DNA from: Magnetococcales bacterium
GTDB lineage: Bacteria; Pseudomonadota; Magnetococcia; Magnetococcales; UBA8363
Reading direction: 5' to 3'
Length of the DNA stretch: 64,000 nucleotides
NCBI GenBank assembly: GCA_002753515.1
Contig: PEAK01000002.1
Coordinates: 65,696-129,695 of the forward strand
Positions within the stretch are counted from its first letter, which is position 1. Each line of letters starts with the position of its first letter. Under the pieces are notes generated by a model. The model saw nothing but the letters and a program-made list of their open reading frames with translations, did not search any database and was not told the DNA's origin. Shown here in pieces: positions 52,772 through 60,977 of this stretch. The position numbers and the translations under genes are program-made.

Positions 52772-55064
52772 GGACCTGAACCAACAAAGTAGCAAGTTTA
52801 TCGAGCAGCAAAGCCATATCCACAGGCTTTGTCAAATAATCATTCGCCCCCGCCGCCATGGCTTGGCGCCGATCGTCTTCCATGGCCTTGGCGGTCAGGG
52901 CTATGACCGGTAATAAAGCCCATTGCGGATTTTTCCGCAGGCGCCGTATCGTCTCGTAGCCATCCATTACCGGCATCATCACATCCATGATGACGCAGTT
53001 GATAGATGGGAATTTCTCCAGAGACTCCAAAGCTTTGACCCCATTGGCGGCCATCAGGGTCTTAAGGTGATGCCCTTCCAGTTCCCGGGTCATGGCGTAC
53101 AGGTTGCGCACATCATCGTCCACCAACAACACGGTTTTATCGTGCAGGTTGGGGTAGCTTTCCCGGGTTGCCGCCACCATGGTTTTTGCCGATGATGCCT
53201 GCTCCGGCGGTACTACGGAAGCCTCTCTCAGTAATAAGGCCATCTCTTTGAGTAGTCGCGCTGGGGAATGTTCCCCCTTGACGACAATGGCATCGGTAAA
53301 TTTTTTCAATCGGTCGTATTCGTCCCGTGACAACTCCTGACCGGAGTAAATGATCGTGGGCGGTTTTACAAAGGTGGATCCCTGTGCCATCTGTTCCAGC
53401 CAGACCAGTCCATGGATATCAGGAAGGTTTAAATCGAGGATCATACAATCGAATGGCTGCTCCTGGAGCAAAGCCAATGCTTGGATACCTGTGGCAGCCC
53501 GGGTCACCTGCACCGGGTAGGGTTGCAATAAATGTGTCATGGCTGCACATGCTTTGGCATCGTCCTCAATCAGCAGTATCGTGCAAGGGGTGGTTGCGCT
53601 GTATCTCGATGGTAATGTCATGATCAAGGTTTTTGAAGCGTCTTCGATCTTGGGACTGGAGGTCGCCACTGGTGTTGTCGAAGTGATCGTCAATGCTGTA
53701 GATGTGTTTGTCAGGGAGGGGTTTTTCCCTTCCGACCCTTTGACGTGGGTCAACAACGCATGAATCATCCTGGAAAGATCGGTGCCCGATTCATAAATCA
53801 TGGCTGCATCGGTCAGTTGGCGCTCATTCAGGTTGTGGTATGCGTTGTCAGCAAAACTTTTGGCCAGGATCAACAGGGTGTTCAAGGGGGTTCGCAAATT
53901 ATGGGACAGTTCGGCCAAAACTTCGGACTTTGTATCGATGGCCCATTGCAACTCTTTGGCACGAATCTGTAACGCCTCCTGAGTATTGATGAGTTCCCGA
54001 TTTGTTCTCTCCACCTCGTGCTTTTGCTCCGCAACCAAACAGGCATGACTCTCCATGGCTTCGTTGGCGACACGCAACTCTTCCTTTTGCTCCTTGAGTT
54101 GTGCCTGCGCCATTTCCAAATCAATTTTTTGCTCCTGCAACCTGGCGTTGGATAGACGCAAGGCGCGACTTGTGGTGCGCAGGGATTGGCTTTGTTCGCG
54201 CAATTTGCTCAGGGTTTTTTCAGTATGGTCATGGGCCTGGGCCGCACTGATGGCCATGGCGACACTTTCGCTGACGCTGGTTAGAAAAGAGAGATGTGTC
54301 TCGGTTATGCCGGTCAACGTACCGAGTTCCAGGACCGCCTTGACCTTGTCATGCAGCATAAATGGAAAAATCAGCAACATCTCGGGTACGGCCCCCCCCA
54401 AGCCCGATTGGACTTCAATATGTCCAGAAGGTACCCGGGTGATGAGGAGATACCGTTTTTCCAGAAGCACTTGCCCCACCAAGCCTTCACCGGGGACGAA
54501 CATATGGCCGGGTGATTTGCGAACCTGATAGGCATAACTACCCAACATGCGGGCACTCCCCTCATCTCCCAGCACATAAAAAGCTCCCATGGCCGCTTCC
54601 AGGTGTTGGGAAAAAAAGGCAACCATGGCGCTGCTGAGGGCGGGTAAATCGCTTTTTATCCCGAAAAGTTTATGGAGTTTGGCCGTACCTTCCTGGTGCC
54701 ACAAGGTTTGCGATTGAATCGTTTGCTGTAGCTGTAAATGTTGGGCCAGGGTATTCACCTCCTGGCCCAGGCGACCGATCACTCCCCGATTCTGGTAGGC
54801 CATACGAACCGTCATGTCCCCTGCAGCCATTTGGGTGATCACCCGTTCCAGTTGTTGCAGAGACGCATTTTGGCGACGCTCGTACAGCCAAACCAGAGCT
54901 CCTCCCAAGGCCATCAGCGACAACGCGATCATCACCCGGGCAAGCGTTTCCTTTGTAAGCGGCAAGAATACCCGGGACAGGTGAACCAGCAACAAAATGG
55001 CTGCTGCCCCGAGAAGTACGGAAACATGGGTGCCTCTTTTATGGGGTTGGGTGCCGATGGTCAT
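52755..55064 (-). CDS. TM - HAMP - GAF - coiled coil - HisKA(DHp) - REC - REC protein lacking a catalytic ATPase (HATPase_c) domain
   Basis: Two N-terminal hydrophobic segments. HAMP (ITQMAAGDMTVRM...IGRLGQEVNTLAQHL), then a GAF-like region. Glu/Gln-rich coiled coil (LKEQKEELRVANEAMES). H-box LAELSHNLRTPLNTL. After ~60 aa a Ser/Thr-rich linker leads straight into REC1 (ILLIEDDAKA...LDLNLPDIHG) and REC2 (VLLVDDDVRN...MDVMMPVMDG). No N, G1 or G2 boxes seen. Confidence 0.75.
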   Translation of the reverse strand: MTIGTQPHKRGTHVSVLLGAAAILLLVHLSRVFLPLTKETLARVMIALSLMALGGALVWLYERRQNASLQQLERVITQMAAGDMTVRMAYQNRGVIGRLGQEVNTLAQHLQLQQTIQSQTLWHQEGTAKLHKLFGIKSDLPALSSAMVAFFSQHLEAAMGAFYVLGDEGSARMLGSYAYQVRKSPGHMFVPGEGLVGQVLLEKRYLLITRVPSGHIEVQSGLGGAVPEMLLIFPFMLHDKVKAVLELGTLTGITETHLSFLTSVSESVAMAISAAQAHDHTEKTLSKLREQSQSLRTTSRALRLSNARLQEQKIDLEMAQAQLKEQKEELRVANEAMESHACLVAEQKHEVERTNRELINTQEALQIRAKELQWAIDTKSEVLAELSHNLRTPLNTLLILAKSFADNAYHNLNERQLTDAAMIYESGTDLSRMIHALLTHVKGSEGKNPSLTNTSTALTITSTTPVATSSPKIEDASKTLIMTLPSRYSATTPCTILLIEDDAKACAAMTHLLQPYPVQVTRAATGIQALALLQEQPFDCMILDLNLPDIHGLVWLEQMAQGSTFVKPPTIIYSGQELSRDEYDRLKKFTDAIVVKGEHSPARLLKEMALLLREASVVPPEQASSAKTMVAATRESYPNLHDKTVLLVDDDVRNLYAMTRELEGHHLKTLMAANGVKALESLEKFPSINCVIMDVMMPVMDGYETIRRLRKNPQWALLPVIALTAKAMEDDRRQAMAAGANDYLTKPVDMALLLDKLATLLVQVHGFGS

Positions 55065-55067
55065 GGT

Positions 55068-58000
55068 TTACTGGTACAACCAGATTTGCAGCATCGCCAA
55101 GAGCTGGTTCATATCCACTGGTTTGGCCAAGAAATCGTTGGCACCGGCGCTGAGGCATTGTTTGCGATCTTCTTCCATCGCCTTGGCCGTGAGGGCGATG
55201 ATGGGTAGGTTTTGGTATCCGGGGTTTTGCCGAATGCGTCGCATGGCCTCAAAACCGTCCATCACCGGCATCATGATATCCATCAGTACGACATCGATTT
55301 CAGGGTGTCCAACCAGGACATCCAGGGCCTCTTTGCCGGTGCCGGCGGTGAACACCCGCAACTCCTTTCGCTCCAACATGCGTACCAAAACCCGTGTGTT
55401 ACGTACGTCATCATCAACGACCAGAATGGTTTTATCCTTGAAGACCTCCTTGGGATCGTGGAGTGCTGCGACCTTGTTGTCCGCCTCTGGGGAGAGATCC
55501 CGATTCACCCGGTGTAGGAACAACGTCACATCATCCGTTCGTTGAGGCGTTGATGCCAGTACTTTCTGGATATCCGCCTTGGAAACGGGTTTGCTCAATT
55601 GGCTTGTCGCCCCCTTGGCAATACCATCCATGCCGTGATCCGCCCCCGACAGGATGTGGACCGGAATAGCACTGGTTGCGGGATTGCTTTTCAGTCGCTC
55701 CAACACCGCCCAACCATCCATGACGGGCAAGCCGATGTCCAGAATGATGCCGCTGGGAATGTGATTCAGAGCAAGCTCCAATCCGCTCTGGCCATCGGTG
55801 GCCATAAGGGACTTGAAACCTTTTTCCCGGGCGATCTGCGCGACGAGGTTGGCAAACTGTGGATCATCCTCGATGATCAACATGACGCGCTCACCCGCCG
55901 TGATGTTTTGATGGGTGCCGGCCATTCCCTGTGGTATTGGCCGGGCAATGTTCGGCGTCGTTAGCGTCCGATGAGAAGGCGGTGCCGATGTTGCGATGGC
56001 AGGGGTATTGGCCTCAAGCCAGGGGAGCAGCAGGGTGAATACGCTGCCGACACCTTCACGACTGACCAGGTTGATTGTTCCACCTAAAAGCTGTGCCAGT
56101 TGCGTCGAGATCGTCAAACCCAAACCGGTACCACCAAACTTGCGACTGGTGGAACCATCCGCTTGCTGAAAGGCTTCAAAAATGGTGGCATGTTTTTCCG
56201 GAGGAATGCCGATTCCCGTATCGCTGACGCTGATGGCGACACCGGCAACCGGGATATTGTTTTGCGCATTCCCCGGTCGAAAGGTGTGGGGCAGGGGAGC
56301 GAATCCCAGGGTGACCCCTCCCTGCTGGGTGAATTTAAAGGCATTGGACAAAAGATTTTTGACAATGCGGGATACCTTTTCCCAATCGGTACACAAGGTT
56401 TTCGGACAATCGGCGGCGGGGGCGGCAATCTGAAAGGTCAACCCCTTTTTGCTGGCTACATGACGAAAATTTTGCTCCATGGCCAGGGCGAATTCGTCAA
56501 TGCTCATGGTTTCGACCAGGCAATCCATCCGTCCCGCTTCGATTTTGGCCAGGTCGAGGATTTCATTGATCAATCCCAATAATTCCTGGCCTGAATTGTG
56601 GATAATGGTGGCATCCTCCACCTGTTGCGGGGTCAGATTGCCATCGCCATTTTCGCAAAAATTGTTGGCGAGTATGAGCAAACTGTTGAGCGGTGTCCTG
56701 AGTTCGTGGGACATGTTGGAAAGAAATTGCGATTTGTAGCGGTTGGCTTGTTCCAGGTCGAAGGCCTTTTGTTCTAATTCTTTGCGAATGGTTTGGAGTG
56801 CCAAATTTTTCTTTTGGTCCGCCACATTTTGTTCCTCCAACTGTTGGGCATTGATGGCCAATGATTCGTTGGAGACCCGCAGTTCTTCCTGTTGTTGCAG
56901 CAACGTGGCTTCGGATGCTTGCAACTCCCGGGTTTTTTCTTGCAATTCCTGATTGGAACGTTTCATCTCGGAGCCAATTTTTTCCAATTCCTCGGCCTGC
57001 CTTTGCGAATGGGCCAACGCCTGTTGCAACAAGGTGCGCGAGTTGGCAGCCGCCACCGCCATGGCGATGCTGATGGCCTCTTGCGCCAGGAATTCCAAAT
57101 GGCGGTCCTGAAACGCGGCAAACGCCCCCAGCTCGACGATCGCTTCCACCTTGTCGTGGACCATGAAGGGAAAAAGCAGCAGATACCTTGGTTGACTCTC
57201 TCCCAATCCCGACTGGATGCGAAAATATTCCACGGGCAGGGGGTGAATGCGCATGGGGGCTTTGTTAACCAGACATTGTCCCACCAAACCTTCCCCGGGT
57301 TTGAAGGTCATGTTTTGCAGTCGTGTATCCAAGGACAAGGCGAAATGGCCAAAGAGCATGACCCCGCCATCGGATTGGATCACATAAAAGGCCCCTATCT
57401 GACAGTCGAGCCAGGAGGCCAGAAATGAGACGGTTTGTGCCGCCAACTCGCCCAACTCTTTCTCTCCGCGCAAACATCGATTCAATTCCGCCGCCCCTTG
57501 CTCCATCCATGACGTGCGCAGTTTCTGTTCGTGAACCGCGATGAGTGTTGCGGCCATTTTTTCGAAGGAGTGAACCAGGAGACCCACTTCATTACCGGGA
57601 GCGGCAATGGATTCCATACTCCAATCGCCTTCCTGAATTTTTTTCGACCATTGGGTCAGTCGTTGCACAGGGGTGACGATATGTCCGGTAACACGTCCCG
57701 CTACCAACAAAACCAAAACCGAGACCAGTATCAAAACGATAACCAATTGATTGCGTAACCGCAATGATGGGGCGAAAAACTCCTCGGCTTGCATCTCCGC
57801 GAACAAACCCCAGTGAACCCCGAGGTCTGCCAAGAAAGGCAAATCTTTATAGATTCCAAGAACCTCGTGGCCGTCGTAATCGATATAGGTTCCGTGGGTT
57901 AACGACATGGGATGGTTATCTGTCCGGGTTTTCTGCGAGGCATCCCGAATTTTGATCCGACTATCGGTTGCATCGCTGGGAGTAGTCGCTTGCAACCATT

Positions 58001-58925
58001 GGCGCGAAATCCAGGTGTCCACCTTGACTTCCGTGGCGACGGCCTGTTTCAAGACACGCGAAGGGGAACGCATGTTCAGGTCGGATCCCACCAGATAGGT
58101 TTCACCGGTTTCTCCCAATCCAACGTTGATTTCCATGAGTTGAAACAGGGGTGCCAATGATATTTCCAGGATTATGACTCCGGTTACCTGACCGTTTTCC
58201 CCCGACATGGGTCGGATGAGATAACCGGACAGGGTTGAAACACGACTGGGTAGCAAGTCGGAGAATACCGCCTTCTTTTTTTCCAGGGCTTGTTGGACCG
58301 CTTTTCCCAAGGGCGTTATTTTTTCGGCCCCCGCCAAAAGATCACTCCCCAAAAGTGGGTCGGGATGGCGTGAAAACAGCACTGTCCCACCCGGTTCCAT
58401 CAGGTAATAGTTTTTGTAGCCATGGGTTTCGACAAACTCGGCGATGTCATTGCCTTCCTTTTCCACCCGTTCGGCCCAGGAGAAACCTTTAACATACTCC
58501 TCAGATTTGAGGGTGCTGGCGCGCCATTCGTTACTGAGGTCATTGATGAAGCGTAAACGCGCCAGTGACATGGATTCCCGTTGTAAATGACGGAGTTGCT
58601 CGGTGAACAGCATTTCCAGTGCCGTGTATTTCAGTTCCACGGCGTTGGATAATTTTTGGCTGGCCTCGGTGCGAAACGCTTCGACGGATTTGGAATATCC
58701 TTGCCAACTGATAAAACCCAGCGGCAACAGGGACAATCCTAACAGCCATAGGAACACTGTCCGTCCCAAACCGGAACGAAAGGGAATGAGAGCTGAGGGG
58801 AATGGTGAATTGCGCTTAGACAAGGAGGGTCTCTTCCCGCTCAAAGGGATGATCGGATGGTACACCGTGCAACGATTGCCAGTGGGGATGTTCAGCAAGC
58901 GCTTTCTGGACGAATTCGTACTCAA
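55068..58925 (-). CDS. Transmembrane sensor hybrid histidine kinase: ~330-aa periplasmic (Cache-like?) domain - HAMP - GAF - coiled coil - HisKA - HATPase - REC - REC
   Basis: TM1 VFLWLLGLSLLPLGFI and TM2 LVIVLILVSVLVLLVAG. Coiled coil LLQQQEELRVSNESL. FLSNMSHELRTPLNSL; DTGIGI...GGTGLGLTIS; REC1 VMLIIEDDPQF...LDIGLPVMDG; REC2 ILVVDDDVRN...MDIMMPVMDG. The annotated ATG (58925) overlaps the upstream gene by 110 nt, so the true start may be further downstream (TTG or GTG candidates). Confidence 0.8.
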   Translation of the reverse strand: MSTNSSRKRLLNIPTGNRCTVYHPIIPLSGKRPSLSKRNSPFPSALIPFRSGLGRTVFLWLLGLSLLPLGFISWQGYSKSVEAFRTEASQKLSNAVELKYTALEMLFTEQLRHLQRESMSLARLRFINDLSNEWRASTLKSEEYVKGFSWAERVEKEGNDIAEFVETHGYKNYYLMEPGGTVLFSRHPDPLLGSDLLAGAEKITPLGKAVQQALEKKKAVFSDLLPSRVSTLSGYLIRPMSGENGQVTGVIILEISLAPLFQLMEINVGLGETGETYLVGSDLNMRSPSRVLKQAVATEVKVDTWISRQWLQATTPSDATDSRIKIRDASQKTRTDNHPMSLTHGTYIDYDGHEVLGIYKDLPFLADLGVHWGLFAEMQAEEFFAPSLRLRNQLVIVLILVSVLVLLVAGRVTGHIVTPVQRLTQWSKKIQEGDWSMESIAAPGNEVGLLVHSFEKMAATLIAVHEQKLRTSWMEQGAAELNRCLRGEKELGELAAQTVSFLASWLDCQIGAFYVIQSDGGVMLFGHFALSLDTRLQNMTFKPGEGLVGQCLVNKAPMRIHPLPVEYFRIQSGLGESQPRYLLLFPFMVHDKVEAIVELGAFAAFQDRHLEFLAQEAISIAMAVAAANSRTLLQQALAHSQRQAEELEKIGSEMKRSNQELQEKTRELQASEATLLQQQEELRVSNESLAINAQQLEEQNVADQKKNLALQTIRKELEQKAFDLEQANRYKSQFLSNMSHELRTPLNSLLILANNFCENGDGNLTPQQVEDATIIHNSGQELLGLINEILDLAKIEAGRMDCLVETMSIDEFALAMEQNFRHVASKKGLTFQIAAPAADCPKTLCTDWEKVSRIVKNLLSNAFKFTQQGGVTLGFAPLPHTFRPGNAQNNIPVAGVAISVSDTGIGIPPEKHATIFEAFQQADGSTSRKFGGTGLGLTISTQLAQLLGGTINLVSREGVGSVFTLLLPWLEANTPAIATSAPPSHRTLTTPNIARPIPQGMAGTHQNITAGERVMLIIEDDPQFANLVAQIAREKGFKSLMATDGQSGLELALNHIPSGIILDIGLPVMDGWAVLERLKSNPATSAIPVHILSGADHGMDGIAKGATSQLSKPVSKADIQKVLASTPQRTDDVTLFLHRVNRDLSPEADNKVAALHDPKEVFKDKTILVVDDDVRNTRVLVRMLERKELRVFTAGTGKEALDVLVGHPEIDVVLMDIMMPVMDGFEAMRRIRQNPGYQNLPIIALTAKAMEEDRKQCLSAGANDFLAKPVDMNQLLAMLQIWLYQ

Positions 58926-60048
58926 CGAGATCCTTCGCTACAAAATCGGCAGTAATCTTGGTCAGAAAAGTGTGATCGTCCGAAACCAGGGTCTGATTCA
59001 TCATCTCGACAATCATGCGTGTTGCTGAAGGATAGGGATAGGGATTGAAGTCGATGCGCTGATTGTGCCAAGCCTCCTGGTGGCGGATAGCGACCGGATC
59101 GGAATAATCCTTGGGATTGTAGTGGCTGATCGCCCTTTGAACCGTGTCGGCGGAGACGGGGAGGTAGCCCTTGCCTTCTTTGGCGAGCAACCGCGCTGTC
59201 TCTTCCCTGTGGTCTGAGGCATGGAGGGCGCCCTTGACCACGGCATTCATGATTTTTTGCGTCCATTGTGGTTTTTGCCGGGTTGCAGATTCGTGCATGC
59301 AAACCACACAGCATGGGTGATCCCGCCAGATATCCCCGGTAAAACGAAAAACTTTCCCTGCCCCCCCCATTTCCCCCATGGCGGCGAAAGGTTCGGCAAC
59401 GACATAGCCATCTGTGGTTCCATTGGCCAATGCCTTGACCATCAACGGGGGGGGGATGACCTTTAAGGCGCAGACCCCTGCGGCCACTTTTTCCCCCTGG
59501 TCCACCATGGGTTGGATGCCCACCTTGCGCAACCCGGCCTGCAACACGATATTGTGCATGGAATACCAGTATGGAATGGCCATGCGTTTTCCGGAAAAAT
59601 CGCCGAATTCCCTGATAGTACTCTCATTGCCGACGACGATGGCCGATCCGTTTGTATGAGCCCAGGAGACGATTTTGACCGGAAAGGCATTGTTGTAGCG
59701 CATCCACACCGGGATGGGTTTCAGGAGATGCACCAGATTGAAATGACCTTCGGCAAAGCCGCGTACCAAGGTATCCCAGCCTTTGAATGAGACAGGCGGT
59801 GCCACTTCAAGACCTTGTTCCGCGAAAAATCCCAGGGCGTGTGCCACCAACAGGGGTGTTGCATCGGTAATGGGAAGGTAGGCGATGCGGACAACCTCAT
59901 CGTCCGTTGCCCTGGTCAGTCGGGGTAGCCCGGCAAGCATCGTGGCCAATCCCCCTCTGGCCATCCAGTCCAAAACTCGGCGTCGCGTGATTCCGGGAGA
60001 GTTTTCCAGTAGCGATTTTGATTCCCATGGTATCATCGCCGTCTCCAA
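58816..60048 (-). CDS. Tat-signal periplasmic solute-binding protein, NMT1/NrtA-like (nitrate/sulfonate/bicarbonate ABC-type SBP fold), no cognate permease or ATPase
   Basis: Twin-arginine motif TRRRVLDWMARGGLATMLAG. RIAYLPITDATPLLVAHALGFFAEQGLEV...WDTLVRGFAEGHFNLVHLL resembles NrtA/NasS-type binding proteins. Confidence 0.65.
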   Translation of the reverse strand: METAMIPWESKSLLENSPGITRRRVLDWMARGGLATMLAGLPRLTRATDDEVVRIAYLPITDATPLLVAHALGFFAEQGLEVAPPVSFKGWDTLVRGFAEGHFNLVHLLKPIPVWMRYNNAFPVKIVSWAHTNGSAIVVGNESTIREFGDFSGKRMAIPYWYSMHNIVLQAGLRKVGIQPMVDQGEKVAAGVCALKVIPPPLMVKALANGTTDGYVVAEPFAAMGEMGGAGKVFRFTGDIWRDHPCCVVCMHESATRQKPQWTQKIMNAVVKGALHASDHREETARLLAKEGKGYLPVSADTVQRAISHYNPKDYSDPVAIRHQEAWHNQRIDFNPYPYPSATRMIVEMMNQTLVSDDHTFLTKITADFVAKDLVEYEFVQKALAEHPHWQSLHGVPSDHPFEREETLLV

Positions 60049-60062
60049 ATCTTTACAAAATC

Positions 60063-60977
60063 TTAGTGAAAAATCGACATGACCCGATTGCGACCGCCCT
60101 CTTTGGCGGCGTAAAGCATTTTGTCCGCTGATTCCAATAACAATTGTGGCGAAGCGCTACGAATCGGGAGCATGGAGGCACACCCGAGGCTGAGGGTGAC
60201 GTGGTCGGCTATCTGGGAGAGGGGATGGGGAATGTGCAACGATACGACTGTTTGGCGAAATTTTTCTGCCATGGCTGTCGCACCGACATGTTCCACGTGT
60301 GGAAGAACTGCGACAAACTCTTCACCACCGTATCTGGCCAACAAATCGGTGGAACGATGCATGGTGTCTTGCAAAGAGTGCGCAACACGGCGCAAACAGT
60401 CATCCCCAGCCGCATGTCCCAAACTGTCATTGTAAGTTTTAAAATAGTCGATATCCATGAGAATCAGCGATAGGGGAGATCCTCCCCGAACCGAGCGGTT
60501 CCATTCCCGCTGGAGAAACTGATCAAAATAGCGGCGATTGGCGATATTAGTCAGGGTATCATTCAAAGAGAGCTGCTCCAACTGATCGCGCTGCCGCTTG
60601 GCTGCGACATGATTGCGAACACGTGCCAATAGAATGGGGGGACTCAACGGTTTGGTAATATAATCGGAGGCTCCCAACGCCAATCCTTTGGTTTGATCCG
60701 CCTCTTCGTTCAGACCCGTGACAAACAGGACACAAATACCGGCAGTTTCATGTTGCGCTTTTAGTGTGGCACACACCTCGAATCCATCCATTTCCGGCAT
60801 GGTGACATCCAACAGGACGAGGTCAATTTTCTCCTGGGAGATGAGCCTCAGGGCATCTTTGCCGTTGGTGGCCATGCGTACCTGAAATTCCTCCCGCAAA
60901 ATGACTGCCAGGGCCTTAATGTTCCCGGGAACGTCATCAACAATCAATATTCTAGCCCTTTCATCCGCAGCATTCAT
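60063..60977 (-). CDS. Response-regulator diguanylate cyclase (REC-GGDEF, WspR/PleD-like)
   Basis: REC: ILIVDDVPGNIKA...LLDVTMPEMDGFEV...YITKP. GGDEF domain with active site RYGGEEF and RSTD (RxxD I-site) five residues upstream. Confidence 0.9.
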   Translation of the reverse strand: MNAADERARILIVDDVPGNIKALAVILREEFQVRMATNGKDALRLISQEKIDLVLLDVTMPEMDGFEVCATLKAQHETAGICVLFVTGLNEEADQTKGLALGASDYITKPLSPPILLARVRNHVAAKRQRDQLEQLSLNDTLTNIANRRYFDQFLQREWNRSVRGGSPLSLILMDIDYFKTYNDSLGHAAGDDCLRRVAHSLQDTMHRSTDLLARYGGEEFVAVLPHVEHVGATAMAEKFRQTVVSLHIPHPLSQIADHVTLSLGCASMLPIRSASPQLLLESADKMLYAAKEGGRNRVMSIFH

